Shown piece after piece: positions 37,530-50,802 of a stretch of DNA of 64,000 bases. The translations under genes and the position numbers were made by a program. The stretch spans positions 18,600,001-18,664,000 of the forward strand of contig OZ024755.1 in NCBI GenBank assembly GCA_964016885.1, read 5' to 3'. Source of the DNA: Eledone cirrhosa. Its lineage: Eukaryota. Position 1 is the first letter of the stretch, and each line of letters opens with the position of its first letter. Below the pieces are notes generated by a model. It worked only from the letters and a program-made list of their open reading frames with translations, was not told where the DNA came from and did not search any database.

Positions 37530-39274
37530 CTATGTGTGTGTGGGGGGTGTGCATACATGCATTTGAGTGTGTGTGTGTGTGTCTGAATGTTTGTATGTGG
37601 GTGTGTGTGTGTGCATACATGCATTTGAGTGTGTGTATGTGTGTCTGAATGTTTGTATGTGGGTGTGTGTGTGTGTGTGTGTGTGCATACATGCATTTGA
37701 GTGTGTGTATGTGTGTCTGAATGTTTGAATGTGGGTGTGGGTGTGTGTGTGTGTGTGCATACATGCATTTGAGTGTGTGTATGTGTGTCTGAATGTTTGA
37801 GTGTGGGTGTGTGTGTGTGTGTGTGCATACATGCATTTGAGTGTGTGTATGTGTGTCTGAATGTTTGTATGTGGGTGTGTGTGTGTGCATACATGCATTT
37901 GAGTGTGTGTATGTGTGTCTGAATGTTTGAATGTGGGTGTGGGTGTGTGTGTGTGTGTGCATACATGCATTTGAGTGTGTATGTGTGTCTGAATGTTTGT
38001 ATGTGGGTGTGTGCATACATGCATTTGAGTGTGTGTCTGAATGTTTGTATGTGTGTGTATGTGTATACATGCATGTGAATGTGTGTGTGTGTGTCTGAAT
38101 GTTTGTATGTGTATGTGTGTGTGTGCATACATGCATGTGAGTGTGTGTGTGTGTGCATACATGCATTTGAGTGTGTGTGTGTCTGAATGTTTGTATGCGT
38201 GTGTGCATACATGCATGTGTGTGTGTGTGTGTCTGAATGTTTGTATGTGTGTATGTCTGCATGTGTGTATGTCTGCGTGTGTGTATGTCTGCATGTATGT
38301 GTATGTCTGCGTGTGTGTATGTCTGCGTGTGTGTATGTCTGCGTGTGTGTGTATGTCTGCATGTGTGTGTATGTCTGCATGTGTGTATGTCTGCATGTGT
38401 GTATGTCTGCATGTGTGTGTATGTCTGCATGTGTGTATGTCTGCATGTATGTATGTCTGCATGTGTGTGTATGTTTGCATGTGTGTGTATGTCTGCATGT
38501 GTGTGTATGTCTGCATGTGTGTGTATGTCTGCATGTGTGTGTATGTCTGCATGTGTGTGTATGTCTGCATGTGTGTGTATGTCTGCATGTGTGTGTATGT
38601 CTGCATGTGTGTGTATGTCTGCATGTGTGTATGTCTGCATGTGTGTATGTCTGCATGTGTGTATGTCTGCATGTGTGTGTGTCTGCATGTGTGTGTGTCT
38701 GCATGTGTGTGTGTCTGCATGTGTGTGTGTCTGCATGTGTGTATGTCTGCATGTGTATGTATAAATTAATGAAAAAGGCAATGTAGACTTGAATATATTT
38801 AGAGAGAGAGAGGGGGGGTGAGGAAGAGAGCAAGGAAGAGAGATAGAAATAGTGGGAGGTGAGAAAGAGAGGGAAAAGAGAGAGCGGGAGGTGAGAAAGA
38901 GAGGGGGTGAGAAAGAGAGAGGGGGGGGGGGGGAATATAGAGGGGGTGGGGTGAGAAAGAGAGGGAGAAAGAGAGAGAGGGGTGGGGTGAGAAAGAGAGG
39001 GAGAAAGAGAGAGAGGGGGTCGGGTGAGAAAGAGAGAGAGAAATAGAGAGAGGGGGAGTGAGAAGGAAAGAGAGAAATAGAGAGGGGGAGAGAGAAATAG
39101 AGAGAGGGGGATAGAGAGATCAGCAATAAAAGACACCCCAGTGATTTGATAGAGTCAACTTATTTAGTCATCATTTCTAAGATGGTTTATGATTGGAGTA
39201 AACCTATCAAAGGTGTCAACATGGAAACTAATACCATGTGGAGAGGAGATACCACTCTGGAGACACATGTAGGC

Positions 39275-39326
<52 letters not shown>

Positions 39327-39452
39327 CTGTGTGCGTATTTGTGTGTATGCCTCTATATGTGTGCCTGTGTGTGTGTGAGTTTGCTTATGTGTCCCTGTGT
39401 GTGTGAGTTTGCTTATGTGTGCCTGTGTATGCCTCTGTGAGTATGTGTGTGC

Positions 39453-39487
<35 letters not shown>

Positions 39488-39760
39488 TGTGTTTGTGTGT
39501 GTGTGCCTGTGTGTGTATTTGTGTGTATGCCTCTATATGTGTGCCCGTGTGTGTGTGAGTTTGCTTATGTGTGCCTGTGTATGCCTCTGTGAGTGTGTGT
39601 GTGCTTCTGTGTGTGTGTGCCTTTGTGTGTGTGCTTCTGTATGTGCATGTGTGTGTGTGCCTCTATGTATGTATATGTGTGCCTCTGTGGGTGTGCACAT
39701 GCCTGTGTGTGTGCCTGTATGTGTGTATATGTGTGCCTCTGTGGGTGTGCACATGGCATG
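37530..39760. repeat. TG-rich minisatellites (37530-38760, 39285-39760) and a GA-rich tract (38800-39120)
   Basis: gcatacatgcatttgagtgtg..tctgaatgtttg and (gtatgtctgcatgtgt)n units; explain the long H/T/C/V ORFs. Confidence 0.92.
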
Positions 39761-40407
39761 GGGGGGGGGGGTTGAGAGGGGTTCCTAGAGAGGATACTTT
39801 GTAAGTTAGTTTACCTACTTGTAAAAGATTAAAATCAAACATTTCAGAGAAAGGGTCCCACCCAGACACACACAAACCCCCGCACCCTTCCACCACTACG
39901 ACCACATAAAGGTTTCAACATGATCACTATTTTACTCTTTTACTGGTTTCAAACATTAGATTGCGACCATACTGGGGCACTGCTTTAAAGGAATTCAGTC
40001 AATCTTATCACCTTGTACTCATGTTCATAACCCCTAATTTCAGCAAAAAAGGGATTGCTAAAATAAGTACCAGAATTTTTTTTTTAAATAGTACTGCGGC
40101 CAATGTGATTGACCAAATCCCATTCAGGTGGTGCCCCAGTATGGTCGCAGTCAAATGACTGAAACCAGTAAAAGAACAAAAGTAAAGCAACAACAACAAC
40201 AATAATAATAATCATTTCTACTATAAGCACAAGGCTGGTGGAGGGGAAAGTCAATTAAATCAACCCCAGTATGTTACTGGTACTTTATTTTATCGACCCT
40301 GTAAGAATGAAGGGCAAAGCTAACCTTGGCTGGATTAGAACTCATACCTTAAAGGGCCATAACTCTATGCTGCAAAGCATGGTGTCTGATGCTCTACTGA
40401 TACTGCC

Positions 40408-40440
<33 letters not shown>

Positions 40441-40705
40441 CTAATCAAAAGTAAACAGTTTAAGCCAGGTGTGATCAGGTGTGAGAGAAATAACTGTAAT
40501 TATCCAATAGAAGGTAGGTGTGCAAATTCCTCACAAAACAAAAGGAAAGTGAGAATTAATGATTTCATTGACATACAATTACTAATGAATACTAACTTAG
40601 GTCATTAACGATACAAAACATTACTTAACAATAGAAACACTAACTTGAGAGAAAATAATCTTCGCTTTTCAGATACTATTTTTATATAATACCAATAATA
40701 TATGC

Positions 40706-41172
40706 TTCTGCCAGGAGTTGCAACTGGTAGATAATATCAGCAATGGAAAAACCAATGGAAGCATTGTTTCCTTGGTCCGATTTCACGAGTTTATACATGT
40801 ATTCTACCAGGAGTTGTGACCAGTAGATAATATCAGCAATGGAAAAACCAATGGAAGCATTGTTTCCTTGGTCCGATTTCACGAGTTTATACATGTATTC
40901 TACCAGGAGTTGTGACCAGTAGATAATATCAGCAATGGAAAAACCAATGGAAGCATTGTTTCCTTGGTCCGATTTCACGAGTTTATACATGTATTCTACC
41001 AGGAGTTGTGACCAGTAGATAATATCAGCAATGGAAAAACCAATGGAAGCATTGTTTCCTTGGTCCGATTTCACGAGTTTATACATGTATTCTACCAGGA
41101 GTTGTGACCAGTAGATAATATCAGCAATGGAAAAACCAATGGAAGCATTGTTTCCTTGGTCTGATTTGACAA
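40706..41172. repeat. 96-bp tandem array, about 5 copies, derived from a SINE tail sequence
   Basis: 32-aa periodic ORF; the unit is homologous to 53400-53495 (reverse) and 53635-53700. Confidence 0.92.
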
Positions 41173-41635
41173 ATTCCACTCAACTCTGTAAACAAATGAG
41201 GTCTAGGATCTTGTCAATGGAACTCTGTTACAATATATATAAATATATTTATAATTAACTCATAACATCTTGTAGTGATCCAGAAGAAAATATCTAAAAA
41301 TGAGTTTATTTATTCAAAAGTGTTGAGTATCTTTCTTTACTAGTTGACGGAGTGTTGTGGAAATGTGCGGTAAACTAAAATAAAGACTTCACTTTTTAAT
41401 ACAATGAAGTCCTTGAGCTGTTTCATACTTTTCAAGATAGTCTTGGCAATGCACCTTCATGTAGTACAAGACTTTTAAGAGTCATACAAAGAAGGCAACT
41501 ACTACTAGTACTAGTTAAAGCCAGTACTACCATAATTTTTTACATAGACACAAGGCCAGAAATTTGATGAGAGTGGACAATCAAATATGGCCAGAAATAT
41601 GAAGTGGTGGAGGTCAATCAGGGAGAAGGTTCTGG

Positions 41636-41669
<34 letters not shown>

Positions 41670-42249
41670 TGGATACTTTATCTTAACAATCCCAGAAGGA
41701 TGAAAGACAAATTTGATCTTGGCAGGATTTGAACTCAAGATAAAGTGTTGGAACAAATTTAAGATTTAATTCTTAGGTCTTTCCCACTTGAATTCTTCAC
41801 ACTTCCATATTTTTTGTTATTCTTCTTCTATAACAAAATGGTCATCTGTTGTATATTTATTCAAAGAGAGACATTTTGTTTTTGTTGAAACATTGCTTTA
41901 AAATAGATTAAAGCAATAACCATCAGGGACTGGATGAAGATCAAGGAGTACAGTTAGCAGACCATAAGAGTTAATGACTCAAAATTAGGTTATAAACACC
42001 CTAAAGATCATTTATAATTCAATTTTATGAGTGTGTGCGTGTGTGTGTGTTCACGTGTCTGACATTGCCAGCAAGTAAAACCTGTGGTCCATATAAAAAG
42101 TATGTTGAATGAAGGACAATTAATGGCAGACCCCTAAAACACTTGAAATCTAGAAACAACAGACAGGAATGGATGCCATAAGTGGTTTGTTTCTTTAGCC
42201 CTGATTAATGTAATGTATGGTCATAGTATAACAGGTTCAATCCCTCACT

Positions 42250-43110
42250 GTGGACATGTGTAGCCTAGTAGTAAAGGTGTTGGACTTACAATCATAGTGT
42301 TGTGAGTTCGACTACTGGACTGGGTTATGTGTTGTGTTTTTGAGCAAAACACTTCATTTCACATTGCTCTGGTGTACTCAGCTGAAAATAAGTACAAACA
42401 ACAATAGCTGGGGGTTTAACCCTTTTACGGACTGGCGTCCTCTTCAGGGTGGGGGATGGGGGAGTCTTGTACTCAGTCACTTCACACCACGGAAACCCAG
42501 GATAAGCACCAGCCAGATGAGCCAGACCAGGCTTGAGCCAGACCAGGCTTGAGTCAGACCAGGCTTGAGCCAGACCAGGCTCGAGTCAGACCAGGTTTGA
42601 GTCAGACCAGGCTCGAGTCAGACCAGGCTTGAGTCAGACCAGGCTTGAGCCAGACCAGGCTTGAGCCAGACCAGGCTCTAGTCAGACCAGGCTCTAGTCA
42701 GACCAGGCTTGAGTCAGACCAGGCTTGAGTCAGACCAGGCTTGAGCCAGACCAGGCTTGAGTCAGACCAGGCTTGAGCCAGACCAGGCTTGAGCCAGACC
42801 AGGCTTGAGTCAGACCAGGCTTGAGCCAGACCAGGCTTGAGTCAGACCAGGCTTGAGTCAGACCAGGCTTGAGTCAGACCAGGCTTGAGCCAGACCAGGC
42901 TTGAGTCAGACCAGGCTTGAGCCAGACCAGGCTTGAGTCAGACCAGGCTCGAGTCAGACCAGGTTTGAGCCAGACCAGGCTTGAGTCAGACCAGGCTTGA
43001 GCCAGACCAGGCTTGAGTCAGACCAGGCTTGAGTCAGACCAGGCTTGAGCCAGACCAGGCTTGAGTCAGACCAGGCTTGAGTCAGACCAGGCTTGAGTCA
43101 GACTTTAGAT
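42250..43110 (+). mobile_element. SINE family C whose 3' end expanded into a 16-bp minisatellite (gagYcagaccaggctt, about 36 copies, 42520-43103)
   Basis: The SINE body runs into the array, which ends with the normal SINE terminus cagactttaga. Confidence 0.88.
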
Positions 43111-43482
43111 TTTAAAGATGGTAGAAACATTATAAAGTAACAAACATCTGTCAACAACTGATGGAAAGAACATTTCAAAGACTTAATCAGTCATTACAGT
43201 ACAGCCAATGAAAGTTCTTTGAACAATATCACACAGAAGAAGTCAATGGTAAATAACTTAGCTACAACACCTAAACTTTCAGAAACAAACAAACAAAAAG
43301 CAAAAAATAGAAACCTAATTCTACCCCAAAATAAGGCAGCTGGTTCTAATGTCATTACCACTCTTGCCTCAAGTGGGAAAACCCCCGTCCAAACCCATGC
43401 AAGCGTGGAACACGGACGCTAAACCTGATGATGATTTCAGAATGAAGCACTAACTGAACTCCTCATCATCAACATCTCCATC

Positions 43483-43931
43483 AGTATCAATACCCCCACC
43501 ATCAACACCAATACCACCATCACCATCACCATCTTCATCGCCACCATCAGCACCGATACCATCATCATCATCGCCATCATTTAACAACTGATTTACCTGC
43601 AAGCAAGGGTCATTACAGATCAAGTCAGTACTTAATCCAGTATCAATACCCCCACCATCAACACCAATACCACCATCACCATCATCATCTTCATCGCCAC
43701 CATCAGCACCGCCATCATTTAACAACTGATTTACCTGCAAGCAAGGGTCATTACAGATCAAGTCAGTACTTAATCCAGTATCAATACCCCCACCATCAAC
43801 ACCAATACCACCATCACCATCATCATCTTCATCGCCACCATCAGCACCGATACCATCATCATCATCGCCATCATTTAACAACTGATTTACCTGCAAGCAA
43901 GGGTCATTACAGATCAAGTCAGTACTTAATC
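43483..43931. repeat. Three-copy tandem duplication (about 120-155 bp unit)
   Basis: tttaacaactgatttacctgcaagcaagggtcattacagatcaagtcagtacttaatc occurs three times. Confidence 0.9.
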
Positions 43932-44129
43932 GTAGCTGGTGACTTCACAGATGGGCCAGGTTTGAGGGGCTGGGACATCTTGCTTACATATGTTCCTGTA
44001 CCCTGCCAAGTGCAACAGGTGCATTTTATTATGGCACCAGCACTAGAGAGGTTGTCACATCTTTGTCACAACTGAAAAGTCCTCTCATTTTTTTTTGGAA
44101 TGGTTTTATACATTTGAAATCACCAGGAA

Positions 44130-44307
44130 AGTCTTTCTTGATCATTTCAAATGAATGAAACAGTTCTAGTCCTGTATAAGTCATCATTTCTGCATGAAAT
44201 AAATATATATTTTTTATTTTGTTAATGTACTGAGTAATTTATTTAACGATTTTCCTCTTTGGAAAACTATTCTTTATTATATATATGTTTGTATATATAT
44301 ATATACA

Positions 44308-44363
<56 letters not shown>

Positions 44364-44417
44364 TCCAGAATTAGCCGTCGAAACGGCTTGAGCTCAGCTG
44401 TCGGGGTCTTACTGGTT

Positions 44418-44495
<78 letters not shown>

Positions 44496-44510
44496 AACAT
44501 ATATATACAA

Positions 44511-44566
<56 letters not shown>

Positions 44567-44770
44567 GATTGAATACACATGTGGTTTAAAAAAAAAAATC
44601 CATTCCTTCCTCTTCTCACCATGTTTCTATTTCATCTTTTATTTTTCATTCTACCTTCCTGATGAAGGACTAGTGTCCAAAACGCAAAGACACTTTCCCT
44701 ACTATACCAAGCATTAGATTAATATATTTTTTGTAATGAATAATTTGCTTTATTATTTTTGTTTACTTTT

Positions 44771-44804
<34 letters not shown>

Positions 44805-44923
44805 TGAGATTCTACAGGACTAGAACTGTTTCATTCTTTAGAAATCATCAGGAAACTTTTATACTCTGCAATGTATTGAGTACCTTACTTACTGTGGTTA
44901 CCTCCGATTCAACCCGGAATAAC

Positions 44924-44930
<7 letters not shown>
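44130..44930. mobile_element. Cluster of four PLE-like HHR-bearing fragments interleaved with (TA)n
   Basis: 44134-44185 (+, decayed TTGATCA core); 44361-44422 (+, 3' half only); 44659-44685 (+, CTGATGAaGGACtagtGTCC-aaaac); 44808-44856 (-, core intact). Confidence 0.65.
44808..44856 (-). ncRNA. Type I hammerhead ribozyme, core intact
   Basis: gTTTC-CTGATGA-tTTC taaa GAAt-GAAACAG ttctagtc CTGTA|GAAtC: 4-bp stem III, GUA cleavage site, short stems I and II. Confidence 0.65.
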
Positions 44931-44972
<42 letters not shown>

Positions 44973-46714
44973 TATATATACATATATATATATGTGTGTT
45001 TGCATGTGTGTGTACAGAGAGATGGGGGAGGTGAGAGAACTATCAAAGATTTCCTAAAAATTAATCTCAACAATTAGCTTGAATAAAACCTGTTATTTTA
45101 CTGCAGTATTAGCTATATTGAAATTTCTCTTCATTCATCAAGATAACCTGAAAGGGTATTCACACTGTAATGTTAAAACTACAATAGAAGTCATGTGATA
45201 GGTTTTTCTCCTGTATTTGTCTGGACTTAAGATCACTATAAATGAAATAATAATAGAGCAACATAACACCCCCATTCATAGGGCCAGCTAGACACAGAGA
45301 TAAAGCAAAACAATAGGGACTTTCATTCACTTCATTGGAGGAAGTAACAAGGATATCATTATCTTAGAAGTTAAGGCTAATGCTTTTCAAATCTTTTTGT
45401 CAGGAGACACTTGTCTTTTTACAGGGTCAGGTCATGTCCCTCCTCTCTTCCTTTTCTTGTAGACAAACATGTAAAAATATATATGAACAAATAAAAAAAA
45501 AAACACTATGTCCAGTGAATTGCATCAAGGATATTTCCGGGGTGGTAGTGGTTTGTTGGGGGTGGGAGGAATTATAGTTTCCGGTTAACTTTAAATAGAT
45601 ATATTCTGACTGGTATTGCTAGAGGGTTGCACCTTGAAATCTGTTGTTTCTAGGTCACATTTTAGGAGAACAAACAGAAATACTCTTCCGCTCTTTCTCT
45701 CTCCCATTGTCCCATATGTCAGAAATACATTTTAATGTGTCTGTCCCTTTAAACACCACCAGTTGTTCACTATTTATTCATCTGTCTTCAATAAAAGTAG
45801 CAGAGTAGAACAAAGTGTTTGAGTTATCAAACTAAATGATCTACACAAGACCAGTACTATATTTATACCAACTAGACATTCATCTAGCGTGCAGAGCTCT
45901 GAGGGGACATGAAACTGAACCTTAAAGGATCAGAGTTTTATACAAATTTCTATAGATTAAATAAAATATATAACAATTAATAAACAATCCCTAAATATCT
46001 TTGCTGTGTATATTTGATTTCAGTACAACTCCAAAGTTAAATTATTTTATTAAGTTTAAATTATATACATAAATAACATTACAAATTGTTCAAAATTCTT
46101 TTAGAATGAAATTATAAACACAAATTAGAATTTGATTTTTTGCTCCTACATAGTGGTATGCAAATGAGGCTAATCAGCCAATGTATACTTTAGAAAATAT
46201 TATATATTTTCAACAGTTCAAATGTGTGGCAGAGAAGTACAGAGCCATGACAAAGGGCAATAACCCAGAAACATGTTGGCTGTTCTTCGATGCGACAATA
46301 ATACTACCACCACTACCAATAACACTTCCACCATCACTAATACTACCACTACTATTACCACCATCACTACAAATACTACTATCGATACCACTAATACTAC
46401 CACCACCACTATTACTACTACTAAGTCACACACCCACACTTATTTGACTCCCACCCTAGAAATTTCTAGCCTGTAAAGTTGTTCAATTATATTCTCATAT
46501 AATAAAATAAAGAAACTCCTTATTTATATATTAAGTTGAAGGACGCAATGCAAACAAAAGAGCTAGAGTGGTTCAAAACCTGTCAGGTTTTTGTATATAA
46601 ACTGACTTTATATTAAAACCCTCTCTGTTATTGAAATAGATATGACAACCACCTTTACCTAATATTGTGTATATTATATTTAATTATATGAATATATTTC
46701 TTCTACTTATACAT

Positions 46715-46930
46715 TTAACCCTTTAGTATTTAAACTGACCATATCTGTCCAAAATTCTCTCACTTCTTTCTGTTCAAACTGGCCGTAACCAGCCATTCAT
46801 ACTAATATTAAGGTATTGTTCTCAAAATAAATAATATCAAGATCTCATAGATTCAATATTATGTGAGATAAAGCCTTTACCATGAAAATATAATAGAAAA
46901 TAGAGAGTAATGTAAATGCTAAAGGGTTAA
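46715..46930. mobile_element. Intact piggyBac-like MITE with TTAA TSD
   Basis: TTAA|ccctttagtattta ... taaatgctaaaggg|TTAA. Confidence 0.9.
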
Positions 46931-47483
46931 GGGTCAAAATCTTACTTAAAAAAAAAACCTGGTTAACTTTACTGCAATAAATCTATCTATTTCTCCTAAA
47001 TAAAACTTGTCCTTTCACTAACAGTAAATCCCAGAATATTTTATAACTACAAATCAAATATCATTTCTTTTTTCTTTCCAACATACAATAGCGTCCATTT
47101 AGTACGTACCCAATATCAACAACAGTAAGCATTTATTCCAGGAAACTACACTTCAACCCATTAGTACAAATAACCTGTCTTTGTTGTTGTTACGTGAAAA
47201 ACAAACAGTTACTCCACTCATAGGTATAAAGAACAATTCTAGATTTAATGGTGTTCACCTTTACTCAAGAGTGCTAATATTTTACCAAAAGCTGAAATAA
47301 CCTACTGTGTATCAAATCTTGTATAAAAGAATTGCAGGGGCAGCCTTATCATTTTATCTGTGTAGATCTTTTTTTTGTTATATATAAACATATATATATA
47401 TACACACACACACACATGTATATATATATATAGGCGTAGGACAGAACAAAGGAGTGGCACAAAAACAAAGAAAAGACTCCCTA

Positions 47484-47526
47484 GTCACTGAAGAGGTCAC
47501 AGAATGTGTAACGAAAGTACTTTGAC
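47484..47526 (+). ncRNA. Minimal type I hammerhead ribozyme in a (TA)n-flanked PLE remnant (about 47432-47675)
   Basis: GTCA-CTGAAGA-ggtCACA gaa TGTGtaac-GAAA-GTAC-TT|TGAC: one-bp stem III with a palindromic GTAC loop. Confidence 0.7.
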
Positions 47527-47714
47527 AATATATGAACAATCATCTTGTTGTGAAACCAACCAACCAACCGGAAATTTATAAATTCCTAAATTTATAAATT
47601 TATTATAATAAATTGAAATGAAAGCAACTGGTGCGTGTGTTTCTTATTGGCAACATGACCCTCCCAAATATAACAATATATATATATATATATATATCTG
47701 TATGTGGTTAACGG

Positions 47715-47769
<55 letters not shown>

Positions 47770-49142
47770 TCTATTTTTCCATTTTATTTTTTCCATTTAT
47801 TTTAAGTCTCCTGTAAAGATTGACATTGTCAGATATATTATTTTCAGCTATTTTTTTAAATTGCAGACACACTTTCCAAAGTAGTTTTGCTGGAGGAAGT
47901 TTCTATAGAATAAAGACATGTGTTTGAATGTGCGTGTGTGTGTGTGTGTGTTTGAGTGTGTGTGTGTGTTTGAGTGTGTATGTGCTTGTGTTTGAGTGTG
48001 TATGATGTATGGTGCTTGTGTGTGTGCATGTATTTGAGTGTGTATAATGTATAATGTGGCCTATTGTGTATGTGTATGAGTATGTATGTGTTTGAGTGTG
48101 TATGATGTATGGTGTGTGGCCGTGTGTGAGATGTATGTGTATGAGTGTATATAATGTATGGTGTGTGGCCAAATGTGTATGTGTTTGAGTATGTATAATG
48201 TACGGCCCTTGCCATTCTGAGTTCAAATCCTGCCAAGGTTAACTTTGCCTTTCATCCTTACGTGGTCGATAAAATAAAGTACCAGTAACACACTGGGTAA
48301 TTGCTGGCCTTGTGCCAAAAGTAGAAACAATTATGTGTATGTGTTTAAGTGTGCATAATGTATGGTACGTATGTGTTTGTATGGGTTTAAACTTTCATGG
48401 AATATTGCAAGCCTGTCCCTTTTCTACAATTACTTCCATGGTATGAATTTAGATGAGTTTCATTCACCAGTCCAGTCAGTGTGAACATTTTCCATCAGAA
48501 CTCAGTTAACCAAATTTAGTGAATCTCATCACATCATCTGTGTCCCTGGATATCTTATAGACATTTGCAAATTACATAGGGATAAAGCTTTTTTTTTTTT
48601 TTTTTAAATGGTTGAATCTTAGTGGAAGAATCTCTCTCTCTCTCCTGTTTATCTGCAAAATTCCTATTTAAATTTTTTATTTTATTTTATTTTAATCTTT
48701 ATTCTTATATTCATTTACCTGTGTCTAACTTGTTTTTTTTAATTTTGTTTCTCAACTGCAAGTACTAGATACTTTCCCAAGTCTGTCATGATTTACTAGC
48801 TCTAAACGAACATATATAATTGATTAAATAATTAAATAAATAAATAAATATGACCTTGATCTCTTTAAACTAAAGGTCAACAAGTACCTTGCTTAATGTT
48901 GGTAGTTTCCTCCATTTTGATATTTTATCAGTTCTTTCATTAACATCTGATTTTATTTCATTTTATTATCACATTTAGGCAGTGAATTGGCAGAGTTGTT
49001 AGAATGCCAGATGGAATGCTTTATGGCATTCATTGTAGCTCTCTACTCTCTGAGATCAAATCCTGCCGAGGTCAACTTTGCCTTTCATCCTTTCAAGGTC
49101 AATAAAAATAAAGTACGAACGAGTCTAATACTAGAGTTGATT

Positions 49143-49822
49143 CTTCCTCTATATCTCTTTCACATTTCCTCTCTCTCACTTTCACATTTCCTCTATATCT
49201 CTTTCACATTTCCTCTCTCTCACTTTCACATTTCCTCTATATCTCTTTCACATTTCCTCTCTCTCACTTTCACATTTCATCTCTCTCACTTTCACATTTC
49301 CTCTCTCTCACTTTCACATTTCCTCTATCTCACTTTCACATTTCCTCTCTCTCACTTTCACATTTCCTCTATATCTCTTTCACATTTCCTCTCTCTCACT
49401 TTCACATTTCCTCTCTATCTCTTTCACATTTCATCTCTCACTTTCACATTTCATCTCTCTCACTTTCACATTTCCTCTCTCTCACTTTCACATTTCCTCT
49501 ATACCTCTTTCACATTTCCTCTCTCTCACTTTCACATTTCCTCTATATCTCTTTCACATTTCCTCTATATCTCTTTCACTTTCACATTTCCTCTCTCTCT
49601 CTTTCACATTTCCTCTATATCTCTTTCACATTTCCTCTCTATCTCTTTCACATTTCATCTCTCACTTTCACATTTCATCTCTCTCACTTTCACCTTTCCT
49701 CTCTCTCACTTTCACATTTCCTCTCTCTCTCTTTCACATTTCCTCTATATCTCTTTCACATTTCCTCTCTCTCTCTTTCACATTTCCTCTATATCTCTTT
49801 CACATTTCCTCTCTCTCACTTT
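49143..49822. repeat. Pyrimidine-rich ~22-bp minisatellite (tttcacatttcctctctctcac)
   Basis: Direct reading. Confidence 0.93.
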
Positions 49823-50564
49823 CTATCTACTGTACTCAGGCCTGGAGAGAGATGGGCTCTGCTAGGCTTAAAATGCCCAAGAAGCGCCATATGTCAATAT
49901 GGCATCCCTACAACTTTATCAGGACTTACGGGACCGTACATACATGCATAATCACCTTTATCACTGTTAGCTCTTTTATCAATCCATATATTACCATCTC
50001 ATTGTATTTCATTTTAATTTCTTATCAATTATTTTACTGTCATATTTTATCTCTTTCATAAATATGCATGCATGGATAGTTATTGTGTGGCATATAATTG
50101 CCCTTGCCCCAGCCTAGTGGTTCTTAACCTTTTTTTCACTCCATGCTCCACTATGACACCCACCTCAAAGATTTAATGTTTCTCTCAATATAAATTTGTT
50201 TGGTTTTAAAAAGATACAATCTACAATTTTTTTTAAAATGCCCCACAAAATATTCAGATGACCCCTCTGTGGTGTAAGGGCCACTCATTCAGAATCACAG
50301 CTTTTACCATTTACCTAAATCAGAAACCATTATTAACAAATATGCAGTTAATAGCAGTAAAGAAGGGACTCTGGCTGTCCAATGAGTTATTCCAATAAGG
50401 AACAAATGTCATCAGAAAAAAAAAAAATAACTTAAAAAGACACATTTGTTGTTTGATTAATTCCAAATTTTTTATCAACGTGTTCAAACAATGACTACCA
50501 CCCCAATCTTATTTTTTTGCATAGAACTAGATTATCTAATGTTTCCTTTCTCTTTTAAGAAATG

Positions 50565-50802
50565 TCTAAAGTCTTTCTTGAGCCTGCTAAGCAATTGAGA
50601 GTACAAGACCCCCTCACCTGGACAGGACGCCAGTCCATCGCAGAGGTAAACCCCCAGCTATTGCTGGTACTCATTTTTAGCTGTCTGCTAAAGCAACATG
50701 AAATGAAGTGTTTTGCACAAGAACACAGCATGCAACCCAGTCCAAGAATCAAACCCACAACATTATTATCGCAAGTCCAACACACCTACCACTAGGCCAC
50801 AA
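50565..50802 (-). mobile_element. SINE family C
   Basis: Reverse-complement homolog of 17617-17910. Confidence 0.8.

Noticed and set aside
37489-39136. Longest ORFs (545-546 aa) and the other YI/HT/CV/poly-T/poly-V ORFs
   Set aside because: Translations of micro- and minisatellites, open in many frames with no domain content.
40682-41179. 165-aa ORF with 32-aa repeats; possible CRISPR-like array
   Set aside because: A plain 96-bp tandem repeat with no unique spacers, derived from a SINE tail in a eukaryotic context.
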